Below are positions 49,746 through 59,785 of a stretch of DNA of 64,000 nucleotides, piece by piece. Position 1 is the first letter of the stretch. Every line of letters begins with the position of its first letter. The translations under genes were made by a program, and so were the position numbers. The notes below the pieces were generated by a model. That model did no database searches. It was not told the origin of the DNA and worked only from the letters and a program-made list of their open reading frames with translations. This stretch comes from Fistulifera solaris (Eukaryota), in assembly GCA_030295235.1 (NCBI GenBank), contig AP026125.1, positions 1,240,001-1,304,000 on the forward strand, given 5' to 3'.

Positions 49746-51965
49746 CTAAGTATCACCTTTTCGTGCGAGATCTTCTTCGGCCGTTTTTTCTGCTAATTTG
49801 CTTTCGTTACCTTGATAAGCCCCGCCGATGAAGCTTTTGCCTTCTGAATACTGAAATAAGGCTTCCCTTGGATCTCGGCCTGCGATTGGTTTCGTTTTGG
49901 AAACGCTCTGATCCGCCACAAACATTGCAAAATTCGAACCTCCTGTTTGACCGCCGATCTTGTGCTTGCCAGTAGCAGGCCTTTCCGGCTCCTTACTTCG
50001 CAACGGATCCTTTCTGTCTAGGCGTCGACGCTTGCTTTCATTCGGCTGCTCATCACGATACATAGGCAGGGAGAACGGGGTCACTATCTCACCCGAAACG
50101 CCAGCTGATCCAGATGGTGCTCGAGAATTTAGAAGAATCGACAAACTGTCATCGGTCTTGCCAGCTTTCGATGATGGGATCAAGGCACCGTTGGTGCTCA
50201 TTTTCAAATCGTAGAACACTAAAGAACAACCGTCGGCGCAACCAAGAAAAATCTGGTTCAGTTTGTGATGCCATTTAACGATAGTGGGACTGATATCACC
50301 AGTGCTGTAAGAAAGTAGCAATTTTGATTTTGTGGCTGTATCCGATAATTTGTAAAACTGCAGTTTTCCTTCAATCTGAAGAATTCCTTCCGTTTGGCTT
50401 CTACTTTCTGACGTAGGGATACAAAGAATAGTGCCGTCTTGATTGAAAGCGACATTAGCGTGTTCGTGAAGGCTTGGGGCTCCCGCGCATGTTGCAAGTA
50501 GATCTGATGAGCGAGAGACTTTCATTGGGTCCCAAACATAAACCTGATCGTCTTCGGAGCTCCTACTCGCCAACTGGGTTCCATCTATGTTATAAGTAAG
50601 CGATGTAACAGGTTTGCCGTCGCCATGAGCCAAAATTAGAGTTCTCTCGGGTCGTCCCGAGGCCCGTTGCGGATTCCAGATTTGGATACTACCACAACTT
50701 GTACCGACTGCAAACTCGCGACCAGACGGGTGGAAGCAAAGCGCTGTTACTGATGTACGCTGACCCCTCAGGCTTTTCACTGAGTATACCTTGTCGCACA
50801 CTAGCTTCTTGAATTGCGTGCGACCGTTCAATTTCCATAGCCGAACACTTCCATCTGCAGAGGCTGTAAGAACGTTATTCCGCTCAAAAGGATGCCAATC
50901 TACCGCCGTAACGGCCGCGGTATGCCCTGACGTCTTCGACTGGTCTGTCACGTACATGTCACCGCGAACAAACTGGATCTCTTCTTGACCTTCGCGATCA
51001 AGGACTACAGGTTGCACGCTCGTTGTTCCAACTATTAAACGGTCACCAGTGTTTGAGAAAGCACATGAGACAGGCCAGTGTCCTTCTTCAGGTGTAACAG
51101 TGCGAAATGATGTTTGACGCCCTCGATTCATTCCTGCAAAGTCGTAAAATCGCAGGTGATTGTCCGTACTTCCAATGACAAAGCGAGCACCCATGGGATC
51201 GACGGCGAGCGCTGTCACAGAATTTCGTCTTCCGCTTTCACTAGGGATTTTGAGCACGTTCGTAATAGGCAATTGATATTTCTTAGCTCGGCTAGCCATT
51301 TTCTGGGACTCGTCTTGGACTTGTGGATCCTGTACCACATTGTCGAAGCTCTGTTCTGTAGGAAGGACGGGCTTCTGATATACTGGAGCATTATCCAAAG
51401 TCGCCATCATGGCTGAAATTTCAGCCTGTCTCTTATCTCTCCCGGAAAGTCCAGCTCCAGCGAGTTCAAGCAGCTTTTGATCATGGCGCTGAGGGTAATT
51501 GGATGATGATTGTTTTGTAGACGTGTCTCCATCATTTGCATCCGATTCATCTGGTTCGATTCGAACGACAAACAAATGCTCGTTCGCATTACCGAAAAGA
51601 ATACGGTCTCCGTCTTTCAAGAATGCAGATCCATTGCAAGGAAGTCGGGCGTCATTAATAGTTGTTCCGTGTTTGCCGCCTAAATCTTTTACGACAAGTG
51701 AGCGGTCTAGGAAGAAAATTGCTGCGTGTTTACGACTGATAGTTCCGTGCTGAATTCGTACATCGGAAGTAGATGCCTGCCGCCCTACTAGAAGACATCT
51801 TTGATTGCGGTTGGAAGAGAGCAGAGATTCGCATCCGATTGTGATTCTTGTTCCAGACGTAGTGACCAAAGAAACTCGCTGATCGGTATAATCGAGGCAA
51901 GCAGAGTTCGGTATGTCTAGATCATCATCCTGAACCGCTTCGCTTCTTTCTTCCGTATCTTTCAT
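49746..51965 (-). CDS. WDR70: FHA domain + WD40 protein (WDR70/Gad1-like)
   Basis: FHA: VGRQ...DVRI.HGTISRKHA...DLGGKHGT.IN. WDR70 hallmarks YDFAGM and GDMYVTD.SKT.GH, plus C-terminal DPREA. Confidence 0.85.
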   Translation of the reverse strand: MKDTEERSEAVQDDDLDIPNSACLDYTDQRVSLVTTSGTRITIGCESLLSSNRNQRCLLVGRQASTSDVRIQHGTISRKHAAIFFLDRSLVVKDLGGKHGTTINDARLPCNGSAFLKDGDRILFGNANEHLFVVRIEPDESDANDGDTSTKQSSSNYPQRHDQKLLELAGAGLSGRDKRQAEISAMMATLDNAPVYQKPVLPTEQSFDNVVQDPQVQDESQKMASRAKKYQLPITNVLKIPSESGRRNSVTALAVDPMGARFVIGSTDNHLRFYDFAGMNRGRQTSFRTVTPEEGHWPVSCAFSNTGDRLIVGTTSVQPVVLDREGQEEIQFVRGDMYVTDQSKTSGHTAAVTAVDWHPFERNNVLTASADGSVRLWKLNGRTQFKKLVCDKVYSVKSLRGQRTSVTALCFHPSGREFAVGTSCGSIQIWNPQRASGRPERTLILAHGDGKPVTSLTYNIDGTQLASRSSEDDQVYVWDPMKVSRSSDLLATCAGAPSLHEHANVAFNQDGTILCIPTSESRSQTEGILQIEGKLQFYKLSDTATKSKLLLSYSTGDISPTIVKWHHKLNQIFLGCADGCSLVFYDLKMSTNGALIPSSKAGKTDDSLSILLNSRAPSGSAGVSGEIVTPFSLPMYRDEQPNESKRRRLDRKDPLRSKEPERPATGKHKIGGQTGGSNFAMFVADQSVSKTKPIAGRDPREALFQYSEGKSFIGGAYQGNESKLAEKTAEEDLARKGDT

Positions 51966-52194
51966 TATAGCGGATGTCGAATATTGGTATTTTTTTCTTT
52001 TTAAAAATGATTGGTAGCAAGGAGAAACTAAGAAAAATGTATTGTTGTCTTTTGTACCAGGTAGGTATTGTGATCGTTAAACACGAACAAAACATCATGA
52101 ACAAAACGCAAACAAACCAATCAGTCATGAGTCGTCGTGAGTCATGAGAAAAGGTCGCCTACACTTCCGTTCATAGTCCTGGTAGTAGCTTTTT

Positions 52195-52530
52195 TGATCG
52201 AAAAAACTGGTCCAGAATTTCTGGACCAGCACAGAATTTCTGTATGTTGCGAAATAACATTTCCAGAATTTCTGGAACTTGCAATTTCTTTCGTTTTTTA
52301 CCAAAACACATTTTCCAGAATTTCTGGAGCGCGCACTTTCTTTCGTCATGATCCAAAACACACTTTTTTTAATAAAAAAAAATTCTGAAACGTACACAGC
52401 ATTTCGGTAGGATCGAAAAAATGGTCCAAAACTTCTGGACCGCCACAGAATTTCTGTATGATTTGAAATAACGTTTCCAGAATTTCTGGAACGTGCTCTT
52501 TTCTTTCGTTATGATCAAAACACCGTGTAG
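52195..52530 (+). repeat. Palindrome-rich repeat (CCAGAAWTTCTGG family), left copy
   Basis: Several ccagaatttctgg cores in about 1.5 tandem ~210-bp units; homologous to the reverse complement of ~59240-59520. Confidence 0.9.
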
Positions 52531-52780
52531 ACTGAAGACGATTTCAATGTACTAAAACAATTGAAGAGGAACGCTTTGCATATATCTCTCTATGTGATCT
52601 ATAGGCATTTTTGTTCAAGAAATACCTTGCTGCACTGGAATATTATTGCAGTTAGTTGCATGTCGTGTGGAAACTCTTTAAGATTGCATCAGAAGGCATG
52701 TTTGCCCGTAATCATGATCCGCTGTCATCGCACCGTCTGGTATCGCTAGATTTGCACAGATCGCTGAAGCTGCTCGAGTT

Positions 52781-53613
52781 TTAGAATTTGAGTTGCTCTT
52801 CATAAAGCGTCTCCATAAGTCGAGCGACAAACCAAAATTGCTCGTCTTGGGGAACCACAGCCACTGGAGGGACGTGTAGGAACAAGCACCGCGTTACTCG
52901 CCTTGAATCGTCATTAGAAACGACGTGCTGCTTGTGGCTTTTGAATTTGTCAAGGCTGTAGCAATAGATATAATTGCATACAAATCGTCCGGGGTCGTTG
53001 CTAACGATTGAGTCCTTGCAACAAACAGAAACGGATTCATTTTCGTGTTCTGCGATGGTGTGATTTAGTTGCTTGACCAGAGAATTTACGTCTAACAAAG
53101 TCTCTAGCGCTCTCCCAACACTGATATCATCACCTAGAATCGATTCCTTATCCGGTCGATAGCCTCGTTCATCCGGTATTCGAAAGGTGGCTTCGTTGTA
53201 GGCACACGACTCCAAGTGAAACTTCTCCCCTTTGTAATTCACGCCAAGATGCAGTAATATTGTTGTTGTTTGATCGGATTTTGCTTGTTCATCTTCCCAT
53301 AATTGGTCAATAGCTGCTCGTGCAGCTTCTGCCGATGTTTCCAACACGAAAGTGCTCGTTATAGATGCCAGGTCGTTCATACCATGTCGATTGAGATAAT
53401 CGACGATTCCGTTCGCAAGAACGGTCGTGGGATTCTCCTGTGACGAGAGAGTTGGGAAAGGATCAGCGTATTTGTTTCAAATTTGTAAGAGACATCATTA
53501 TTTGTGCCTCGAACGAGACTCACAGGTACCCCTCCAAACGGCCCAAAGCCCGTTATCACAAACCGAAAAGGCCGTCTGATATCATCATAATTTGAAGAGT
53601 TGGCTGAAATCAT
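52781..53613 (-). CDS. PGPEP1: Pyroglutamyl-peptidase I (peptidase C15)
   Basis: FVITGFGPFGGVP|ENPT (intron 53438-53523), HLGV, LESCAYN...RIPDERG, S.DPGRFVCNYIY, FLHVP, giving the Glu/Cys/His triad. Confidence 0.92.
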
Positions 53614-53889
53614 CTTAGAATAATGATATCATTATCAAAAATAGACACTCCAAAAATAGCAGCAGTGTCAAGCTTTTTTCCTAAGACAGGGTCATGAGTG
53701 AAAATCAAGAGTCATGAGTTCTCTTCCGCTAAGTGTATCACTTAAAGCGTAGTACCAGTGTACCGGAAAGACAAATTCCCTTTGTATCAATGTCACCCAT
53801 CATAACAATTAAAAGATACCGCGCGGAACGCGAAGGTCTACATCGCATCGCGCAAAGATGCGAGACACCATGAAGTTGACAATGACAAC

Positions 53890-56800
53890 ATGAACTGCAA
53901 TGATGAGGAAACGCCTTTGACATCCCGCAAACTAAATGATAAACGTCAAAGTCGAGGACGCGCAGTCTCTCAGTTCGCAGTGATACCTGCTTTTGTTTCT
54001 TTACTTCTGTCAGTCATCGCGTTCGGATGGAATCTTTTCGGCGCAACGAGCAGCATTTCATCTACACCTTCATCTGCGACCGAAAACGTAACAAAAGAAG
54101 GGGGCCTTCCCAATTTTGATCGCAAAGATGGGAAACCTCTTTTTGATGATTTAGGTCGTACCATTTTGGAGGACTACGATGTCCAACCCGTTTTTGCCGA
54201 ACTTTCTGCCTGCTGTCGCAGGCTACTTTGGGAAACCTCTTTATGCATTTTACGTGAATCGAGGACAAGCCATAGCATCGCTTGGAACAGAATCGAAGGA
54301 CTATCCCATTTTGGAGTATCATTCAGCGAACGTTGCCTATCAGACAGTGGCCTTTACCGGTTTTCGCACTTTTCTTCAATTGTCGAGGCCACAACAGAAA
54401 GATGCGTTTCAAGTCGTTGAGCCGTTTGATATCAGTAGAGCGAGACTACCGCATGCTTCGCACAAGAAGCCATTCGAGCTTCCGAAGCGCTTCATGTATA
54501 CTGGAACCAACAATCTACAGATACACGAAGTCGACATCTTGAACGGCATCGAAACGAACGTAACATTCTTTATTTTACCGGAAGAAAACTTCGGAGCCTT
54601 TGTGAAACGCACCACTATTCGTAATCTCGATAGACAAAAAGGATTGCGAATTTCAGTCTTCGATGGGCTCGCTAGAATCGAGCCAGCTGGTGGAAAGATG
54701 AACACCTATCTTAAAACCATGGGACAAACCTTAGAGGCCTACAAGCGAGTTTACAGTGCACAGGCAGGCTCCCTCACAATGCCTTTTTACCGTCTTTCGA
54801 CAATCCCTGGAGATTCAGCTTCCGTCGTTGCAGAAACAGCGGGTCATTGGTGTTTGTCAATCCACGAAACAGAGACAGGATCCCAACTACTTCCTATCGT
54901 TTACGACCCCTCGTCCGTGTTTGGAAAGGATGCCTCACTGTCGTACCCCACTAATTTGTTTGACAAATCTATCAGAGATGTCATACAGGAACCGCAGTAT
55001 GGTGCAGCAAAAACGGCATCGGCGTTCGCGGCATTAAACGATATCAGTTTGGAGGCAGGAGGAAGTATTACAATAACAACTTTCTTCGGGAAAGCGGACC
55101 AGATCTCGAAAGTGCCAGAAATAGCTCAAAGATTGCTACAACCCGGTTTCGGACAGTACAAAACTTCTAGGACCAACGAAATCATTCAGCAAATTACGGC
55201 CGCAGCTGAAACAAAGACGGCCAGTTCACTTTTTGATCTTCACGTGGAGCAAATGTTTCTCGATAATAGTTTACGTGGTGGAATACCTAGCATTCTTGGT
55301 GACATCGATGACGATGCAAGAATGCGTAATGTTGATGAGGACACCCGAATAAAAGTTTTTCATTTTTTTCTCGAAATCATGGTGATCTCGAACGCGATTA
55401 CAATGACTTCATCATTCCATCGCATTTCCTATCCGAGGTAAGATCTTTGTGTTTACAGTATCTCTCGCCGTTTGTAGCTCACTTTCGTTTTGTAGGGACC
55501 TGTCAATTTTCGAGACGTGATACAAAACAGGAGAAATGACGTGATCTTTAACCCCAGTATCGGTTCCCACAACATAAAAACCTTCTTGTCGTTCATTCAA
55601 GCAGACGGCTACGAGCCTCTTTCAGTCGAGGCCCCAGTTTTGGTTATAGAAGACGAACGAATATGCAGGAGATTAGCGACGCTTGCAGTTGGCGAAGCGG
55701 ATGGCCACAGAGCCCAGCGCGAAGCCGTTCAAAATATTTTATGTTCGGGTACATTTCGACCAGGCCAACTTTTCGAATTGATGGAACAGCAGGACGTTTA
55801 CCTTATGATATCAAAGAAGGAATTTATTGATGTGGTCGCAGCCTCTTCGAAACAGTTCCCCATGGCGGTATCGGATAGCGGGTTTTGGGCAGATCACTGG
55901 ACGTATTACATGGACCTAGTCAACAATTTTTTAAGCATTTTTCCAGACTGGGAAGAGCGAATCATGTACGAGTACGAGCTCCCATACTTCTTTTTCTCCT
56001 TTGTTCGTGAAGCCACGTGAAGAGAAATATGTGCGTTCCATGTCGTTCGACGGTAGAAGTGAACATGTCAGACAGCTCGATTGCGTCAAGGAAGACGAGG
56101 ATAAAGTGAGCTACATGAAACAGTTCATTACGAAAGCAACTGGCTGGTACGACTATCAAGCTTATTGGCAACTTAGTGAGAAAGATGGATCTACATTTAA
56201 GAGTGCACCCATTGCAAAACTATTTCTTCTCGCGACGTTGAAATTTGCTACACGCGACGCCATGGGGATGGGGATAGAATATGAAGCGGGAAAGCCCGGT
56301 TGGAACGACGCCAACAATGGGCTTGTCGGAATGCTGGGTTCAGGAATGCCTGAAACGTATGAATTAATCGTATTGTTAAAGTATATCAGATCGCTATCAG
56401 CTAAATGCGGGCGCCCCTTACTCATACCAACTGAGATCTTTGAGGTGTTTGAAGAAGTCAATGCAGCAATAAGCGAATTGCGTGCAGAGCAGGTCACTAA
56501 CTCGACAGGCTCGGACCGTGACCGGATGGTTGTCCCCGAGGCTCACTTTCGCTACTGGGAGAGGGTTTCATCGGCAAGGGAACGATACCGATCGAAAACC
56601 AAACTTACATTCGACGGATCTCTCGTGGAACTGTCGGCAAAAGATGTCGTCGCTGCAATCGACTCATGGCTTTTTGAGCTCAATGGAGGTATTACAAGAT
56701 CATTTCTGTTCGGTACATCCAGTAGTAGAAACAACACGAAGGTCCCGCCAACTTACTTTTTCTACACGGTGACGGAATGGAAAAACACTGGCCTAACCAA

Positions 56801-57641
56801 TCATGAGGGCCATCCGCTCGTACAGGCGAAAAAGCTTCGCCTGAATACATTACCGCTTTTCCTGGAGGGGCCCACACGATACCTGGCAACTGTCTCAAAA
56901 GTCGACGCTTATAGGGTATACGAAGCTGTTCACCAGTCTCCTCTCCATGATAAACAATTGAGTATGTACACTATTTCAGCGAGTTTAAATGAGGGTAATC
57001 TTGATTTGGGCCGCGAAGTTGCTTTTCCTTCGGGGTGGTTGGAAAATCAGTCCGTATGGATTCATCTCTCGTACAAGTTTTACCTCCAGCTTTTACGCCA
57101 CGATATGTTTGAGGAGTTCTTTCACGAAATGACGTCGGGGGCTATACTTCCATTCATAAAGCCTGAGCAATACGGACGTGCAGTAATAGAAGCTTCTTCC
57201 TTCATTGTGTCTTCGGCATTTGAAGACCCAGGTTTGCAGGGGCGAGGCTTTTTGGCAAGGCTGAGTGGAACAACGGCAGAATTTTTGAGTATATGGACCC
57301 TTGTTATGATCGGCCCCACTCCTTTCTTCACCAACCCCACGACAGGTTCAATTGAAATGCATCTCCTCCCGGCACTTCCTCGATGGCTGTTTATGGATTA
57401 CAACGATGGCAAACCTCCTCGGGTAAGCTTCAAGCTGTTCGGGTCGACAACCATTACCTATTACCACCAGCGGGGGACAGAGGATTTGTATCGCATAGCA
57501 CCATCTTCGTATCAAGTCACCCTTCGCGACGGTTCGACCTTCAATATTTCAGGATCGGTTATTCCTGCTACGTTAGCAGATAAAGTGCGCAGAGTGGTCT
57601 TCGTCGCTTCAATCGACGTGTATTTTCAAGATGTAATATAA
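53890..57641 (+). CDS. Large glycoside phosphorylase, GH161-like (putative beta-1,3-glucan phosphorylase), with N-terminal TM anchor
   Basis: FLP.VAG..G.P.YAFYVNRGQ.IAS.G.ESKD.PI.E...AN.AYQ, SR.HGDLERDYN.F (after restoring one T), NFRDV.QNRR.DV, IQADGYEPL, G.W.DHWTY, EAGKPGWNDA.NG, GWLENQSVW.H.SYK and ARLSG.TAEF. One intron (~55438-55495) and three slips. Confidence 0.75.
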
Positions 57642-57656
57642 CAAATCCTTTGTCTC

Positions 57657-58786
57657 CTACTTTAGCATTTGTTCTTCTATAACCTCTAAAGTGGCTTTGA
57701 GGACGTCAAACCATGCTGCCCAGCCATCGAGGTCCTTCTCAATGTTAGGTTCTTTGCAAATGTAAGATGGGACATCATCGATTGCGCCGAGAGTAAAACC
57801 AGCAGCAACTAGAATTTCTCGACCTCCTGCATGGCGACCAATATCTGAAGGTGCAAGAGATAGCATAAGATGCTTTGACCGCAAATATTGACTTCCGCTG
57901 TACCAATACACGTACCTTGCATGAATTTTGGATGGTCACGACGAATCCTTCTGAAATTGTTTTCTTCTGGTCGAGAAACTATCTGCGAGAAAATAGTATG
58001 AAGAGCATTGACGGCTGAGCTCTGTGCCAAAGGGTCATCCTTTGTACTCTCAACCAATATTCTCAGCTGCTCTCGCACACCATCGGGCCCTTTTTGGATA
58101 CCGTCGACCCATGCCCTTTCGATTCTCTCTAATTCCTCCTGCTCCCTCAGTCTAGCAAGACGAGCTTCTTCAATTAATCTAGCAGTCTCAGCCCGCTGCC
58201 TCTCTTCCTCTAACCTTTTCAATTCTTCAGTTCGCCGCAATTCTTCAGCTCGCCGTTGCTCTTCCAGTTTTCTTGCTTGTTCTTCAAGTTCGCGTGCCCT
58301 CCGAGCTTCAAGTTCTCGTAGCTCGTTTTCGTTGTTTTCCTCCTCAGCTTTTTTTTCGGAGCAAGTCGATGGGTAGCATGATGCCTCTCTGATTGAGATC
58401 GTTGCTGGCTTCACTGGTTGACTTTAATACAGCTGTTTGTAAATCGTAATACAGGTCGATTAGTGTGTCGACTTTGGTCATTGTTTTTGACCATATCGTG
58501 GTTGTTGTGTAATAGGGTCCTTTTCCGTCTTTCTCTTCTCAAACTTTGTAATTATGTCTTTCAAAACATCCATTCTTGCCTTTACTTCATTGAAGTCGAG
58601 CAATACGTCATTGGCCGAAGCACCTCTTTGAGCCCCGTCCGTCCATTCGATGAACTCACTACAGAGCTGGTTTTGCTGAAACGTTAGAGAAGGCAGTTCT
58701 GCGCCCAAGGCTGCACTTCTAAAACGGACAGACTCATATAGAAGTCGAAGATCATTAAGTTGGGTCTCTGAAGTCCTTAGTTCCAT
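57657..58786 (-). CDS. Coiled-coil + PUB domain protein (p97/Cdc48 cofactor-like)
   Basis: AVNALHTIFSQIVSRPEENNFRRIR...PKF..|DIG..AGGREILVAAGF is a PUB signature. E/R-rich coiled coil. Intron ~57847-57916; slips at ~58350 and ~58480. Confidence 0.8.
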
Positions 58787-58861
58787 TTTCAAACGTTTGT
58801 TTTTATGAACGAGATTATGCCTCCTTGTTAATGAATGATGAAGTTGTTGTTTCAGCTGCAA

Positions 58862-59695
58862 GCACCGATTCCAGAATTTCTGGAGATTGTTGTTTCTGGA
58901 ACGTCGATGAAGCACCGTCTTCCAGAATTTCTGGGAAGAGCTCATTGCTAGAATGTACCCCTCCACAGAATTTCTGAGTGAACCAAAATACCAATTCCAA
59001 TTATTTCTGGACGAGTAAAACGGTCCAGAAACTCTGGACCAGACACACAGAATAGCTGTATGAGCCTTACTACAGTGATTCCAGAATTTCTGGAACACGT
59101 CCTTACAATTTCTGTAAGACGAATAAAACGGGTCCAGAAATTCTGGACCAGACACACAGAATAGCTGTGACGCAAACCACCGATTCATTTCAGATAACTG
59201 GAATTTTTGTGTGACGCAAAGCACCGATTCCAGAATATTTGAACGACACAAGTTTTAGAATGACCAAAACACCGAATAATTGCTGTTGACGTTCGAGAAA
59301 TGCTGGACACGGTGTTTTGGATCGTAAGGAAAGAAAGTGCGCGTTCCAGAAAATCTGGAAAATGTGTTTTGGTCACAACGAAAGAAACTGCAAGTTCCAG
59401 AAATTCTGGGATCGTTATTTCTGTACTTACAGAATTTTGGGGTGGTCCAGAAATTCTGGACCACTTCTTTCGGTCCGACCGAAATGCTGTGCACGTTCGA
59501 GAAATTCTGGACACGGTGTTTTCCTGATTTCCTGTGTACGTGCAACATGACATACCCAGATTTTCTGTGAAAGTGACAGATTTTTTTGTGGACATGAAAA
59601 GACAACGTCCCCAGTTACGTGCACGTGAAACACCACTTGTCCAGTAATTCTGTGAACGCGAAGACATCACATGTCCAGAATTTCTGTGTCTTAGC
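58862..59695 (-). repeat. Palindrome-rich repeat (CCAGAAWTTCTGG family), right copy
   Basis: More than ten exact or degenerate ccagaa(t/a)ttctgg cores, an internal ~110-bp direct duplication (~59012-59060 and ~59119-59168), and a segment that is the inverse of 52195-52530. Confidence 0.92.
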
Positions 59696-59785
59696 TGACG
59701 ATTCGATAACAACTGCTCTAAACCATACTGGTAATCAACTAAACTGAACTACTTTTGAAAAAGAGGTTACGCGCAGTGATTTTAC

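Noticed and set aside
1..58500. Programmed ribosomal frameshifting or mass pseudogenisation
   Set aside because: The slips share no motif other than homopolymer runs and hit essential genes without accompanying nonsense decay. Sequencing error is more parsimonious.
52195..59695. Canonical heat-shock elements tied to the nearby HSF gene
   Set aside because: The GAA-to-TTC spacing in the core is 1 nt, not 2, so three in-phase nGAAn units are not formed. Proximity to an HSF gene is uninformative.
58787..59712. ORFs with repeated QKFW/PEFL motifs, including an apparent N-terminal extension of the PUB gene
   Set aside because: The peptide motifs are simply the palindrome read in different frames. 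A good ATG in AAAATG context exists at 58786.
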